Assembly (NCBI RefSeq): GCF_003945235.1
Contig: NZ_RSDW01000001.1
Span: 240,001 to 272,000, forward strand
DNA length: 32,000 bases
Direction of reading: 5' to 3'
Source of the DNA: Edaphobacter aggregans
Lineage (GTDB): Bacteria; Acidobacteriota; Terriglobia; Terriglobales; Acidobacteriaceae
This document shows positions 9,407-17,786 of this stretch, piece after piece (within the stretch, counting starts at the first letter, position 1; the number at the start of each line of letters is the position of its first letter). Below the pieces are notes generated by a model that saw only the letters and a program-made list of their open reading frames with translations, had not been told where the DNA came from and searched no databases. Made by a program: the position numbers and the translations under genes.

Positions 9407-9621
9407 AGGTCCTCCTACGGGGCCTCACATAAAACATCAATGTCCATATTCTTTAGATGCGTTTCCGCATAGGCGGGTGACTGCTATGGAGTGAGCTAAT
9501 CTCTGCCAAATTCTATTCAGACTCCAACAATTTCCCCCACACTGTTTCCGGAGTTCGGAAGAACGGGCCAATTTCGAGCGATAACGTTCAAAACAAGCGA
9601 GGCCCAGCTCGAAGTGAGAGT

Positions 9622-11355
9622 ATGATCGTTGACCTGATGAAGACTGCAACCGCAAAGTCGGGTGCAAACATTCCCTTTTTGAAGCACTTGCCGATGCTTC
9701 AAGGACTTCTGCCGTTGACCAGCAGCCAACTTGGGCCGGATATCATTGCAGGGATCACACTTGCGGCACTCGGCATTCCTGAGGTAATGGGCTACACCAA
9801 GATCATTGGCACTCCGATTGTCACTGGACTCTATACGCTCTTTTTACCGGTGCTCGCATTTGCCGTGTTGGGTTCTTCTCGTCACCTTGTGGTCAGCGCA
9901 GATTCTGCAACGGCCGCCATGGTTGCCGCAAGCCTTGTCGCTCTCTCGTTTACAGCGAATACTCCGCGGTACATCGAACTAACAAGTTTGATTGCGCTGG
10001 TGACAGCCGGAATCCTTATGCTGGCCAGAATCCTGCGGCTAGGCTTTTTAGCCGATTTCCTTTCTCGTACCGTACTTGTCGGCTTTCTAACAGGGGTTGG
10101 CGTGCAAGTGGCTGGTGGAGAACTGCAGGACATGCTCGGAATGGAAAAGCAGGGACACGGCTTCCTGGGTCAACTCTTCCACACGTTTTCGCACCTCGGA
10201 GATACGCATCTGCCGAGCCTTTTCATTGCGCTGGCAGCGTTAGCCATCATCATTGGGTGTGAATTCCTCGCACCGAGATTTCCCGGAGGACTCCTTGCTG
10301 TCATCGGGATGACGGCGCTGAGTGGGTTCTTCCACTGGGGCATGCGAGGTATTCATGTGGTGGGAGACGTGCCCAGCGGGCTACCGCATATCGGCCTTCC
10401 TCATATGACGGTGCGCGATGTGGTCATGGTCGCGCCGATTTCATTCTCGTGCTTTATCGTCATTCTTGCTCAAAGCGCAGCAACATCCCGCGCCTACGCT
10501 TTGCGCTATCGCGAGACATTCAATCAGAACGAGGACTTGGTCGGACTATCGCTCGCAAACGCTCTCGCAGGCTGCAGCGGTACCTTCGTCGTGAACGGCA
10601 GCCCGACCAAGACCGCCATGGTAGACACGGCTGGCGGGCGCAGCCAATGGTCGCACGTTACTACCGCTGTCGTCGTAGTGATCGTTTTGTTGTTTCTCAC
10701 CCGGCCATTGAGCTTTCTTCCCAACGCCGTTCTGGCCGCGATCGTATTTCTCATCGGCGTGAAGCTGATCGACTACCGAGGCTTGGCTGCAATTCGCCGC
10801 GCTGCTCTTGGCGAGTACATTTTGGCTCTGATCACGGCAGCTACTGTGGTCTTCTTCGGGGTCGAACAAGGCATTCTTTTGGCTGTGATTCTCTCGCTAC
10901 TCATGCACGTTCGTCACAGTTATCGACCCCACGTTGGCGTCCTTGTGCACGATGATGCAGACCACTGGCGAATTGAGGAACCAATTCCGGGCACGCTGAC
11001 AGAACCGGGAATGGTGATGTTTTGGTTCGGAGCGGGCCTTTTTTACGCCAACGCACCCTTTTTTGCAGAGCAGGTCCGCAAACTCATCGAGCGGCCTCCC
11101 TCACCGATACGTTGGCTGGTGATCGATGCCAGGGCGGTCACTGAGCTGGACTACTCAGGGGGACGCACGGTGGCAGAACTGCATCAAGACTTGTCAAAAG
11201 CAGGTATCGTTCTTGCAATAATCGTCGTTCAGGCACAACAAAAGGAGAACCTCGAGCGCACGGGAATGCTTGACCTGCTTGGCGCTGACCGGATCTTTGA
11301 ATCCCGTTACGACTGCATCCAGGCTTACCGATCCGAGATGTCGAAATCGGCATAG
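9622..11355 (+). CDS. SulP family inorganic anion (sulfate) permease with C-terminal STAS domain
   Basis: 577 aa and highly hydrophobic. SulP-type N-terminus (DIIAGITLAALGIPEVMGYTKIIG). The C-terminal STAS-like region is (WLVIDARAVTELDYSGGRTVAELHQDLSKAGIVLAI). Codon usage is atypical for a + strand gene in this window. Confidence 0.9.
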   Translation: MIVDLMKTATAKSGANIPFLKHLPMLQGLLPLTSSQLGPDIIAGITLAALGIPEVMGYTKIIGTPIVTGLYTLFLPVLAFAVLGSSRHLVVSADSATAAMVAASLVALSFTANTPRYIELTSLIALVTAGILMLARILRLGFLADFLSRTVLVGFLTGVGVQVAGGELQDMLGMEKQGHGFLGQLFHTFSHLGDTHLPSLFIALAALAIIIGCEFLAPRFPGGLLAVIGMTALSGFFHWGMRGIHVVGDVPSGLPHIGLPHMTVRDVVMVAPISFSCFIVILAQSAATSRAYALRYRETFNQNEDLVGLSLANALAGCSGTFVVNGSPTKTAMVDTAGGRSQWSHVTTAVVVVIVLLFLTRPLSFLPNAVLAAIVFLIGVKLIDYRGLAAIRRAALGEYILALITAATVVFFGVEQGILLAVILSLLMHVRHSYRPHVGVLVHDDADHWRIEEPIPGTLTEPGMVMFWFGAGLFYANAPFFAEQVRKLIERPPSPIRWLVIDARAVTELDYSGGRTVAELHQDLSKAGIVLAIIVVQAQQKENLERTGMLDLLGADRIFESRYDCIQAYRSEMSKSA

Positions 11356-11435
11356 AGGCAACGCTCAACTGGACTTCGCGACTATCACATAGTTGGCAAT
11401 CGGAGACCGTGACCACGCTGCGATAAACTCCATCC

Positions 11436-12116
11436 ATGTCTCGCGGTTATTTCATCACCTTCGAAGGTCTCGACGGCTCCGGCAAAACCACCCAACTCCG
11501 ACGCCTCGCCGCCTCCCTTGAGGCCGAAGGCCACAAAGTCGTCACCCTCCGCCAGCCCGGCGGCACTGCCCTCGGAGACCGCATCCGCTCCATCCTCCTC
11601 GACTCAAAATCCGAAGCCACCCTCGGCCCAATCGCCCCCGCCGCCGAGATGGCCCTCATGTTCGCCGACCGCGCCCAATCCATCGCCGAAATCATCCTTC
11701 CCGCCCTCGAAGCCGGCAGCATCGTCCTCTGCGACCGTTACACCGACTCCTCCGAGGCCTACCAGGGCGGCGGCCGCCAGCTAGGCAGCGAGCGCATCCT
11801 CGCCATGCACCGAGCCGCCTGCGACAACCTCCAGCCCGACCTCACCCTCCTCCTCCTCCCATCCCTCGAAGCCTCCCTCCACCGAGCCCGCCGCCGAAAC
11901 CAGCGCCATATCCATCAAAAAGGCGCCGACGAGAACCGCTTCGAGCGCGAGTCAGACGACTTCTACCGTCGCATCTACGAAAAATACGAAGAGATCGCCG
12001 CCCGCGAGCCCCACCGCGTCATCCCCATCCGCGACGAAGCTTCCATCGACGAGATCCAGGCCCGCATTCACGAAATCGCCGCCGCCCGGATCCCCGCCCC
12101 CGTCGCCACACCATGA
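11436..12116 (+). CDS. tmk: thymidylate (dTMP) kinase
   Basis: 226 aa. P-loop FITFEGLDGSGKTTQ, the DRY motif (LCDRYTDSSEAYQG) and a lid region RRRNQRH. Confidence 0.94.
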   Translation: MSRGYFITFEGLDGSGKTTQLRRLAASLEAEGHKVVTLRQPGGTALGDRIRSILLDSKSEATLGPIAPAAEMALMFADRAQSIAEIILPALEAGSIVLCDRYTDSSEAYQGGGRQLGSERILAMHRAACDNLQPDLTLLLLPSLEASLHRARRRNQRHIHQKGADENRFERESDDFYRRIYEKYEEIAAREPHRVIPIRDEASIDEIQARIHEIAAARIPAPVATP

Positions 12117-13531
12117 ACTCCCCGCTCCCCATGCAGGAAGCCTCCCCTCCGCAACCCGCGCAGGAGTCCCCAAACGAATACCGCCTCCCGCCCGGCCTCA
12201 AGCGCAGCCTTCCCTTCTATGCCCATAAACCCTGGGTCAAACTAGGCTGCCCCATCCTCCTCTTCGAACACCTCCTCCGCACCTACGGCAACATCGCCCA
12301 CTACCGCTTCATGGGCACACCCATCGTCTTCATCAACGACCCCGACTACATCCGCGAAATCTTCGTCACCCAGGCCTCCTCCTTCGTCAAAGAGCGCACG
12401 GTCCGCCGCATGAAGATCCTCCTCGGTGAAGGCCTCATCACCTCCGACGATCCCATCCACATCCGCCAGCGCCGCATCGTCGCACCCGCCTTCCATCGCC
12501 AGCGCATCGCCGCCTACGGAGACCAGATCGTCACCAGCGCCGCTGCCCATCGCGACCAATGGCAGCCCAATCAAACCATCGACATCAGCGCCGCCATGAT
12601 GTCCCTCTCGCTCGAGATCGTCGCCCGCACCCTCTTCGACACCGAAGTCACCGACGACATCCGCCGCATCAACGACGAGGTCAACACCATCATGGACCTC
12701 TACAACTTCCTCGTCGCCTTCCCCCGCATGGAGTCCGCCCTCCGCCTCCCCATCCCCGGCATCATAAAATTCCGCCGATCCAAAGCCCGCCTCGACGCCG
12801 TAGTCAACCGCCTCATCGCCGAACACAAAGCCGCCAGCGTAGACAAAGGCGACCTCCTCTCCATGCTTATCTCTAGCCGAGACGAACAAGCCGACGCCAC
12901 CGGCCAGCACACCGGCATGTCCGACGAGCAAGTCCGCGACGAAGTCCTCACCATCTTCCTAGCTGGCTACGAAACCGTAGCCAACGCCCTCACCTGGACT
13001 TGGTACCTCCTAAGCCAAAACTCCGAAGTCGAAGCCAAACTCCACGCCGAACTCGACGCAGTCCTAGGCACCCGCCTCCCCACCCTCGCTGACTACCCCA
13101 ACCTTCGCTATACCGAACAAGTCTTCGCCGAATCCATGCGCCTCTACCCACCCGCCTGGGCGATGGGACGCATGTCGACCAAACCCGTCACCCTGGGCCC
13201 GTACCGCATCCCCGCCGGAGCCCACTTCTTCTTCAGCCAGTACGTCATGAGCCGCACCCCCGAGTACTTCCACGACCCACTCCGCTTCGACCCCAACCGC
13301 TTCACCCCCGAAAACAAAGCCGCGCGACCAAAATTCACCTACTTCCCTTTCGGTGGAGGCAGCCGTCAGTGCATTGGCGAATCCTTCGCCTGGATGGAAG
13401 GCGTCCTCTCGATCGCCACCATCGCCCAGCGCTGGCGCATGACCTACGCCTCCGACACTCCACCAATCCCGCAAGCCAAGATTACCCTCCGACCCCGCGG
13501 CCCACTCCTCATGAAGCTCACACCACGTTAA
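12113..13531 (+). CDS. cytochrome P450
   Basis: 472 aa. I-helix AGYETVA, an ExxR region (ESMRLYPP) and the haem-thiolate loop FPFGGGSRQCIGESFA. The ATG overlaps the tmk stop (ATGA, 12113-12116). An alternative start lies at 12131. Confidence 0.92.
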   Translation: MNSPLPMQEASPPQPAQESPNEYRLPPGLKRSLPFYAHKPWVKLGCPILLFEHLLRTYGNIAHYRFMGTPIVFINDPDYIREIFVTQASSFVKERTVRRMKILLGEGLITSDDPIHIRQRRIVAPAFHRQRIAAYGDQIVTSAAAHRDQWQPNQTIDISAAMMSLSLEIVARTLFDTEVTDDIRRINDEVNTIMDLYNFLVAFPRMESALRLPIPGIIKFRRSKARLDAVVNRLIAEHKAASVDKGDLLSMLISSRDEQADATGQHTGMSDEQVRDEVLTIFLAGYETVANALTWTWYLLSQNSEVEAKLHAELDAVLGTRLPTLADYPNLRYTEQVFAESMRLYPPAWAMGRMSTKPVTLGPYRIPAGAHFFFSQYVMSRTPEYFHDPLRFDPNRFTPENKAARPKFTYFPFGGGSRQCIGESFAWMEGVLSIATIAQRWRMTYASDTPPIPQAKITLRPRGPLLMKLTPR

Positions 13532-13561
13532 AAACGACGAACCCGCGAACCCAATTTTCAT

Positions 13562-13590
13562 TTGACACTGCACCAACGCATTGCTACTGT
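13562..13590 (+). promoter_or_regulatory. candidate sigma70-type promoter for the GDSL esterase gene
   Basis: TTGACA (13562-13567), a 17-nt spacer, then TACTGT (13585-13590), about 100 nt upstream of ATG 13691. This is a pattern match only. Confidence 0.3.
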
Positions 13591-13690
13591 TCCCATCCAT
13601 CCGATAAAGCTGCGCAATCCAGCAGTTATCCTTCCCCATCGATTCGCACTTCGGGCCCCTTGAAAATTCGCCCCCAAAGGAGAGTCCCGC

Positions 13691-14581
13691 ATGTCCATCC
13701 GACGTTTCGTCTGTGCAATCGCCTTCGTCCTCCTGGCCCTTCAGCCGATCCAATCGCATGCAACTACATCCGCCTACGATGCTATCTACGTTTTCGGCGA
13801 CAGCTACTGCGACGTCGGCAACATCTTCGCCGTCACCACCGCCGTCGGTCAGCCAACGCCACCCTCACCCCCGTACTTCCACGGTCGATTCTCCAATGGC
13901 CCCATCTGGGTCGAACACATCGCCAGTTCCCTGGGTCTGCCCATGGTGGCCTCCCAGCTCGGTGGTACCGACTACGCCGTCGGCGGAGCCGAAGTAACCG
14001 CCCCTGTAGTCACAGCCGGAGGAACCATCCCAAGCGTCCCCCAGCAAGTCCTGCTCTATCTAAGCCAGCACGCCGGCAAGGCTGACCCCAAAGCCCTCTA
14101 CATCCTCGAAGGAGGCGGCAACGACATTCTCAACGCCACCGGCGGATCGCCCCAATCACTCGGATCCCAGATCGCACTCGGCATCGCCAACAGCGAACTC
14201 ATCCTTCGTCTAGCCGGAGCAAAAAACTTCCTTATCCCGAACCTTTTCGACGTAAGCCTTCTCCCCGCTGGCCGCGCCAACGCTGCCTTCGCCCAGCAAG
14301 CCTCTATCGCAACCAACAAATCCCTCAACCAACTCCTCGCCATCGAGCAGTTACTCCAGGGAATTAAAATCCGCCGCACCGACGTCTTCAGTCTCCTGCA
14401 ATCCGTCGCCTCCGACGCCACTCACTACGGCTTCACTGACATCGTCAACCCCTGCATCAACCCCATCACAGGCACGATCTGCGACGATCCCGACCATACC
14501 TTCTTCTGGGACGTCGAGCACCCCACGGAGTTCGGCCACGCCTTCTTCGCCGTCATCACTGAAGCAGCACTGTCGCAATAA
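13691..14581 (+). CDS. secreted SGNH/GDSL family esterase-lipase
   Basis: 296 aa. Signal peptide (MSIRRFVCAIAFVLLALQPIQSHA), block I YVFGDSYCDVGN, a GGND block (EGGGNDIL) and block V DxxH (FWDVEHPTE). The SD is aaaGGAGAg, upstream of the ATG. Confidence 0.9.
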   Translation: MSIRRFVCAIAFVLLALQPIQSHATTSAYDAIYVFGDSYCDVGNIFAVTTAVGQPTPPSPPYFHGRFSNGPIWVEHIASSLGLPMVASQLGGTDYAVGGAEVTAPVVTAGGTIPSVPQQVLLYLSQHAGKADPKALYILEGGGNDILNATGGSPQSLGSQIALGIANSELILRLAGAKNFLIPNLFDVSLLPAGRANAAFAQQASIATNKSLNQLLAIEQLLQGIKIRRTDVFSLLQSVASDATHYGFTDIVNPCINPITGTICDDPDHTFFWDVEHPTEFGHAFFAVITEAALSQ

Positions 14582-14600
14582 ATAGCAACCTCCACAGGCA

Positions 14601-14642
14601 CAAATCCAAAAGCCCCGGCATCCTCAAAGACCGCCGGGGCTT
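14601..14642 (-). terminator. intrinsic terminator between convergent genes (U-run on the - strand side)
   Basis: A 10-bp GC-rich stem, AAGCCCCGGC (14610-14619) with GCCGGGGCTT (14633-14642), and a 13-nt loop. On the - strand the hairpin is followed by TTTTGGATTTG. Confidence 0.7.
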
Positions 14643-14652
14643 CGTGATCCTT

Positions 14653-15276
14653 CTAAATCCGCGGATTCAACGAATAAGTCCCCATCAATTTCGCCTCCGC
14701 GAGCACATGTCCATTCAACGCCGCCTGAACATTCTCCGCCGTAGGCTCACCCTTCACCTCAAGCCGATCCACATCCAGCGCATACACCGTAAAGATGTAG
14801 TGGTGCACGATCGAATCATTCCACGGCGGACAAGGCCCGTCATATCCGTAGTAATTGCCCTTCATATGCGGATCCCCCGCAAACCACCCCGTATAGCTGT
14901 TGATGCCATGTTGCATCCCACCCGGAGCATCAGGCCCCGGTTTCCCATGCGGAGTTATCCCGTCGCTCTGACGTCCCGCGGCAATCTCCCCCACGGACGC
15001 CGGAATATTCCAAAGCAGCCAATGATAGAAATTCACGCGCGGCAGAGAAGCCGGAACCTCCCGCCCTTCCTTATTCACATCATCGCCCTTGCTCGGCACA
15101 TCCGGATCATGGCAGATCACCGCAAACGACTTCGTCTCCTCCGGCACCTTGCTCCAAGCCAACTGCGGATTACGGTTCATGCTCAACGAAACATGGTTCA
15201 CCGGATCAACCACCGCAAAACAAAACTCCCCCGGAATCGCCTCACCCTGGCTAAAACTGCTACTCGTCAACCTCAT
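14653..15276 (-). CDS. YbhB/YbcL family PEBP (Raf kinase inhibitor-like) protein
   Basis: PEBP signatures: CHDPDVP…, HHYIFTVYALD and GYDGPCPP. I prefer the start at 15276 (MRLTSSSFSQGE…) because GGAGAGG lies about 7 nt upstream. The track ORF extends to 15354. Confidence 0.85.
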   Translation of the reverse strand: MRLTSSSFSQGEAIPGEFCFAVVDPVNHVSLSMNRNPQLAWSKVPEETKSFAVICHDPDVPSKGDDVNKEGREVPASLPRVNFYHWLLWNIPASVGEIAAGRQSDGITPHGKPGPDAPGGMQHGINSYTGWFAGDPHMKGNYYGYDGPCPPWNDSIVHHYIFTVYALDVDRLEVKGEPTAENVQAALNGHVLAEAKLMGTYSLNPRI

Positions 15277-15310
15277 CGAAATCCTCTCCTTAAAACCTAT
15301 GCCGTTGGAT

Positions 15311-15332
15311 GCAGAACACACCGCAGAACACA
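15311..15332. promoter_or_regulatory. tandem direct repeat GCAGAACACA x2 (12-bp period) in a divergent promoter region
   Basis: gcagaacaca occurs at 15311-15320 and again at 15323-15332, between the PEBP (-) and Tat-AKR (+) starts. Confidence 0.35.
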
Positions 15333-15417
15333 ACATCCCAATACTACAAAGCAACTCGTCACATCTTCATAGCCGCTCGCTCTAAACCGGAGTATCCTGA
15401 CGCCAAGAGGTGCACCT

Positions 15418-16290
15418 ATGCTCCGCAGAGACTTCCTCCGCCGCAGCGCCACAGGCCTCGGAGCCGCGTGGCTATCCAGCACAACATCCCTCGCCTCCAT
15501 CCTCGCCTTCGAAACCCCCGCTCAAAAATTCAACGCCCACGACGAGATCACCCTCGGCAAAACCGGCATTCGCACCAGCCGTCTCGCCATGGGGACCGGC
15601 ACCATCGGCTTCGGTGGCTCCTCCAACCAGACCCGTCTCGGCATGAGCTCCTTCTCCCGCCTCCTCGTCAACGGATACAACGAGAACGGCCTGCGCTTCT
15701 TCGACACCGCCGATTCCTACGGCAGCCATCCCTACGTCGCCACTGCCCTCAAGCAGCTGCCCCGCGACAAAGTCGTCGTCATGACCAAGTCCGACAACCG
15801 TGACCCCGCTGGCCTCCGCCGCGACCTCGACCGCTTCCGCAAGGAACTCGGCATCGACTACATCGACATCGTTCTCGTTCACTGCGTTACCGAAGCCGAC
15901 TGGACCACCCGTTACCGCGGCGTCATGGACGTCCTCTCCGAAGCCAAACACCAGGGCACCATCCGAGCCCACGGCGTCTCCTGCCATTCCATCGAAGCCC
16001 TCCGCGCCGCAGCCGCATCCCCCTGGGTCGAAGTCGACCTCGTACGCCTCAACCCCGCGGGCGCTTACATGGACGCCGACCCCGGCACCGTCATCAAGAT
16101 CATCAAGCAGATGCGCGCCGACGGCAAAGGCATCATCGGCATGAAGATCCTCGGCCAGGGCAAACTCCGTGATCGCCCATCCGAAGCCATCCGCTTCGCC
16201 CTCAACACCGGAGTCCTCGACGCCTTCACCATAGGCGCCGAATCCCAAAAAGAACAAGACGACCTCACCCAAAGAATCGCCGCAGCTTAA
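15418..16290 (+). CDS. aldo/keto reductase with a twin-arginine (Tat) signal peptide
   Basis: 290 aa. The N-terminus MLRRDFLRRSATGLGAAWLSS matches the RRxFLK Tat motif. The AKR tetrad contexts are present: FFDTADSYG, VMTKSD and VLVHCV. Confidence 0.88.
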   Translation: MLRRDFLRRSATGLGAAWLSSTTSLASILAFETPAQKFNAHDEITLGKTGIRTSRLAMGTGTIGFGGSSNQTRLGMSSFSRLLVNGYNENGLRFFDTADSYGSHPYVATALKQLPRDKVVVMTKSDNRDPAGLRRDLDRFRKELGIDYIDIVLVHCVTEADWTTRYRGVMDVLSEAKHQGTIRAHGVSCHSIEALRAAAASPWVEVDLVRLNPAGAYMDADPGTVIKIIKQMRADGKGIIGMKILGQGKLRDRPSEAIRFALNTGVLDAFTIGAESQKEQDDLTQRIAAA

Positions 16291-16296
16291 GCCAAT

Positions 16297-16330
16297 AAAG
16301 GGGCCGCCTCGATTCCAGAGACGGCCCTTT
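16297..16330. terminator. bidirectional intrinsic terminator between convergent genes
   Basis: Stem GGGCCG (16301-16306) with CGGCCC (16322-16327), flanked by AAA(G) on the left and TTTCT on the right. This gives a U-run in both orientations. Confidence 0.6.
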
Positions 16331-16341
16331 CTACTACTCGA

Positions 16342-17277
16342 TTATTGAGCCGGAGCAGTCCGCCTCCGCCGCCCACTGATCAGATAAACCGCAGCCCGCA
16401 ACTCCAGCAGAGGATCATCCGAAGGCTCAATCCCATCCACTCGCGGAATCGGATCAAAGATAATCTGCTTCTGTTCCGGAGCATCATCGGCCACCTGTTC
16501 GGTCAACGCAATCGTGCCCACCTCCACCACCTTGCGCTCCGCCGGCCAGTGAACCGTAGCGTCATTCACGTTGTCGCCGTCTTCAGCAACCTGCACCGTA
16601 ACCTTCAACTTGATCGGCCCCTTTGCCAGCCGCTCCGCCAGCTCATCAAAGAGATAGTTCGGCCCCTTACTCGCAACCGCGGCAGGATCCAAATGATCCT
16701 CACCCGCCTCAGGAGCGATCGTGTACCGTCCATATCGGCTCACGCCGTCCTTGTTAATAAACTTCATCGCCGTCAGGCCGAAGTAGTTCTCCCGCGCAAA
16801 GCTCGAAGGCGTCGGCCCCAGCACCGACACAAACGCCAGCGCCTTCGGGTGGCTCCCGACAAACTCCTGCACCTTCGCCGGATCGCTCTGCGTAACCCCC
16901 TTCAAAAACTCCAGAAACTCCTGCCCATTCGAAGCCGGAAACGCATTCGCCGAGTGCGCAATGATGTCCGTGTGCACATGCTCCGCCAGATTGAACCGAA
17001 TCGCAATCCCCCTCGGATTCGCATTCGGATCGTTATCCGGAATCAGCGGAATCCCTGTCGAGTCCGAGAACCTCACCGTCACCGGCGTCGACTCCCGCGT
17101 AGCATGCGGAGCCCGCGTCAACCACGTTGCATCCTTCGAAGGCGTAAACGTTCCCGTGAGCAGCGTACCCTTCGCATGCACAGGACGAAACCCAGGATGG
17201 AGTCCAAAAATAGTCTCAAACTCTTTCAACAGCGCTTCACTCAGCGCAAGCACCTTCTCGTCAGTCGTTAGTGGCAT
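16342..17277 (-). CDS. small catalase-related haem protein (catalase-family peroxidase, ~33 kDa class)
   Basis: 311 aa. Distal-His context FRPVHAKGT, VTVRFSDSTG and proximal-Tyr context LRAAVYLISGRRR. AGGAGG lies upstream of the ATG (cgaAGGAGGaacgaATG). Confidence 0.85.
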   Translation of the reverse strand: MPLTTDEKVLALSEALLKEFETIFGLHPGFRPVHAKGTLLTGTFTPSKDATWLTRAPHATRESTPVTVRFSDSTGIPLIPDNDPNANPRGIAIRFNLAEHVHTDIIAHSANAFPASNGQEFLEFLKGVTQSDPAKVQEFVGSHPKALAFVSVLGPTPSSFARENYFGLTAMKFINKDGVSRYGRYTIAPEAGEDHLDPAAVASKGPNYLFDELAERLAKGPIKLKVTVQVAEDGDNVNDATVHWPAERKVVEVGTIALTEQVADDAPEQKQIIFDPIPRVDGIEPSDDPLLELRAAVYLISGRRRRTAPAQ

Positions 17278-17361
17278 TCGTTCCTCCTTCGAAAAGAATG
17301 CCCTAAATCGTCACCCATGTCAGCTTTGCGAACTTCCCGTTAATTTCTCATACTCATCAAC

Positions 17362-17766
17362 TCACCCACGCCCACGAAACCGAATAATCACCCGCCGATC
17401 CCGCTTCGATGGCCTCCCCGCCGGCATCACCTCAAATTGAGCCATCGCCTTCCGCTCCTCCGCCACCTTTATCCGCAACTCTTTGCTCGCGTCAGTCTCG
17501 CGATAAAGCGTCTGCGCCACCGTCGCCGGCCCGCGCACTTCACTCAGCAGTAGAACCTCAACCTGAAAGTCCCCACCCTCGTTCTTCACCTGCAAAACAT
17601 CTCCCACCCGAACATCCCGCGCAGCCTTCGCCACCTGCTGATTCGATTGAATCCGCCCCAACTCACAAGCCTTCGCCGCCAACGCCCGAGTCTTGAAAAA
17701 TCTCGCCGCCCAAAGCCACTTATCCATCCGTACCGAAGTCATGACCTCATTCTCGTACAGAGCCAC
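17362..17766 (-). CDS. hslR: ribosome-associated heat-shock protein Hsp15 (S4 RNA-binding domain)
   Basis: Shows MDKWLWAARFFKTRALA… and a basic C-terminus (RPSKRDRRVIIRFRGRG). The track start is a GTG at 17766. ATG 17742 (MTSVRMDKW…) is equally plausible. Confidence 0.82.
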   Translation of the reverse strand: MALYENEVMTSVRMDKWLWAARFFKTRALAAKACELGRIQSNQQVAKAARDVRVGDVLQVKNEGGDFQVEVLLLSEVRGPATVAQTLYRETDASKELRIKVAEERKAMAQFEVMPAGRPSKRDRRVIIRFRGRG

Positions 17767-17786
17767 ACATAAATGAACTCCAACGC

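Noticed and set aside
12242-12931. A family of long Gly/Asp/Val/Ala/Glu-rich - strand ORFs lies opposite + strand genes. Besides this one, examples are 15472..16272, 23018..23752, 23816..24640, 26208..26801, 27447..28019 and 28164..28955.
   Set aside because: All are antisense to well-supported genes (P450, AKR, MCP, ileS). Their composition is what reverse-complemented NNC codons produce (GNN: G/D/V/A/E). None has a motif or a start context.
14644-15372. A 242-aa + strand ORF mirrors the PEBP gene.
   Set aside because: This is a shadow ORF (Arg/His/Pro/Ile-rich, no domain signature). The - strand product has clear PEBP motifs and an SD.
16345-17271. A 308-aa + strand ORF mirrors the catalase-related gene almost end to end.
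   Set aside because: It has the same shadow-ORF signature (about one-quarter Arg, no motifs). The - strand gene has the catalase His/Tyr contexts and an AGGAGG SD.
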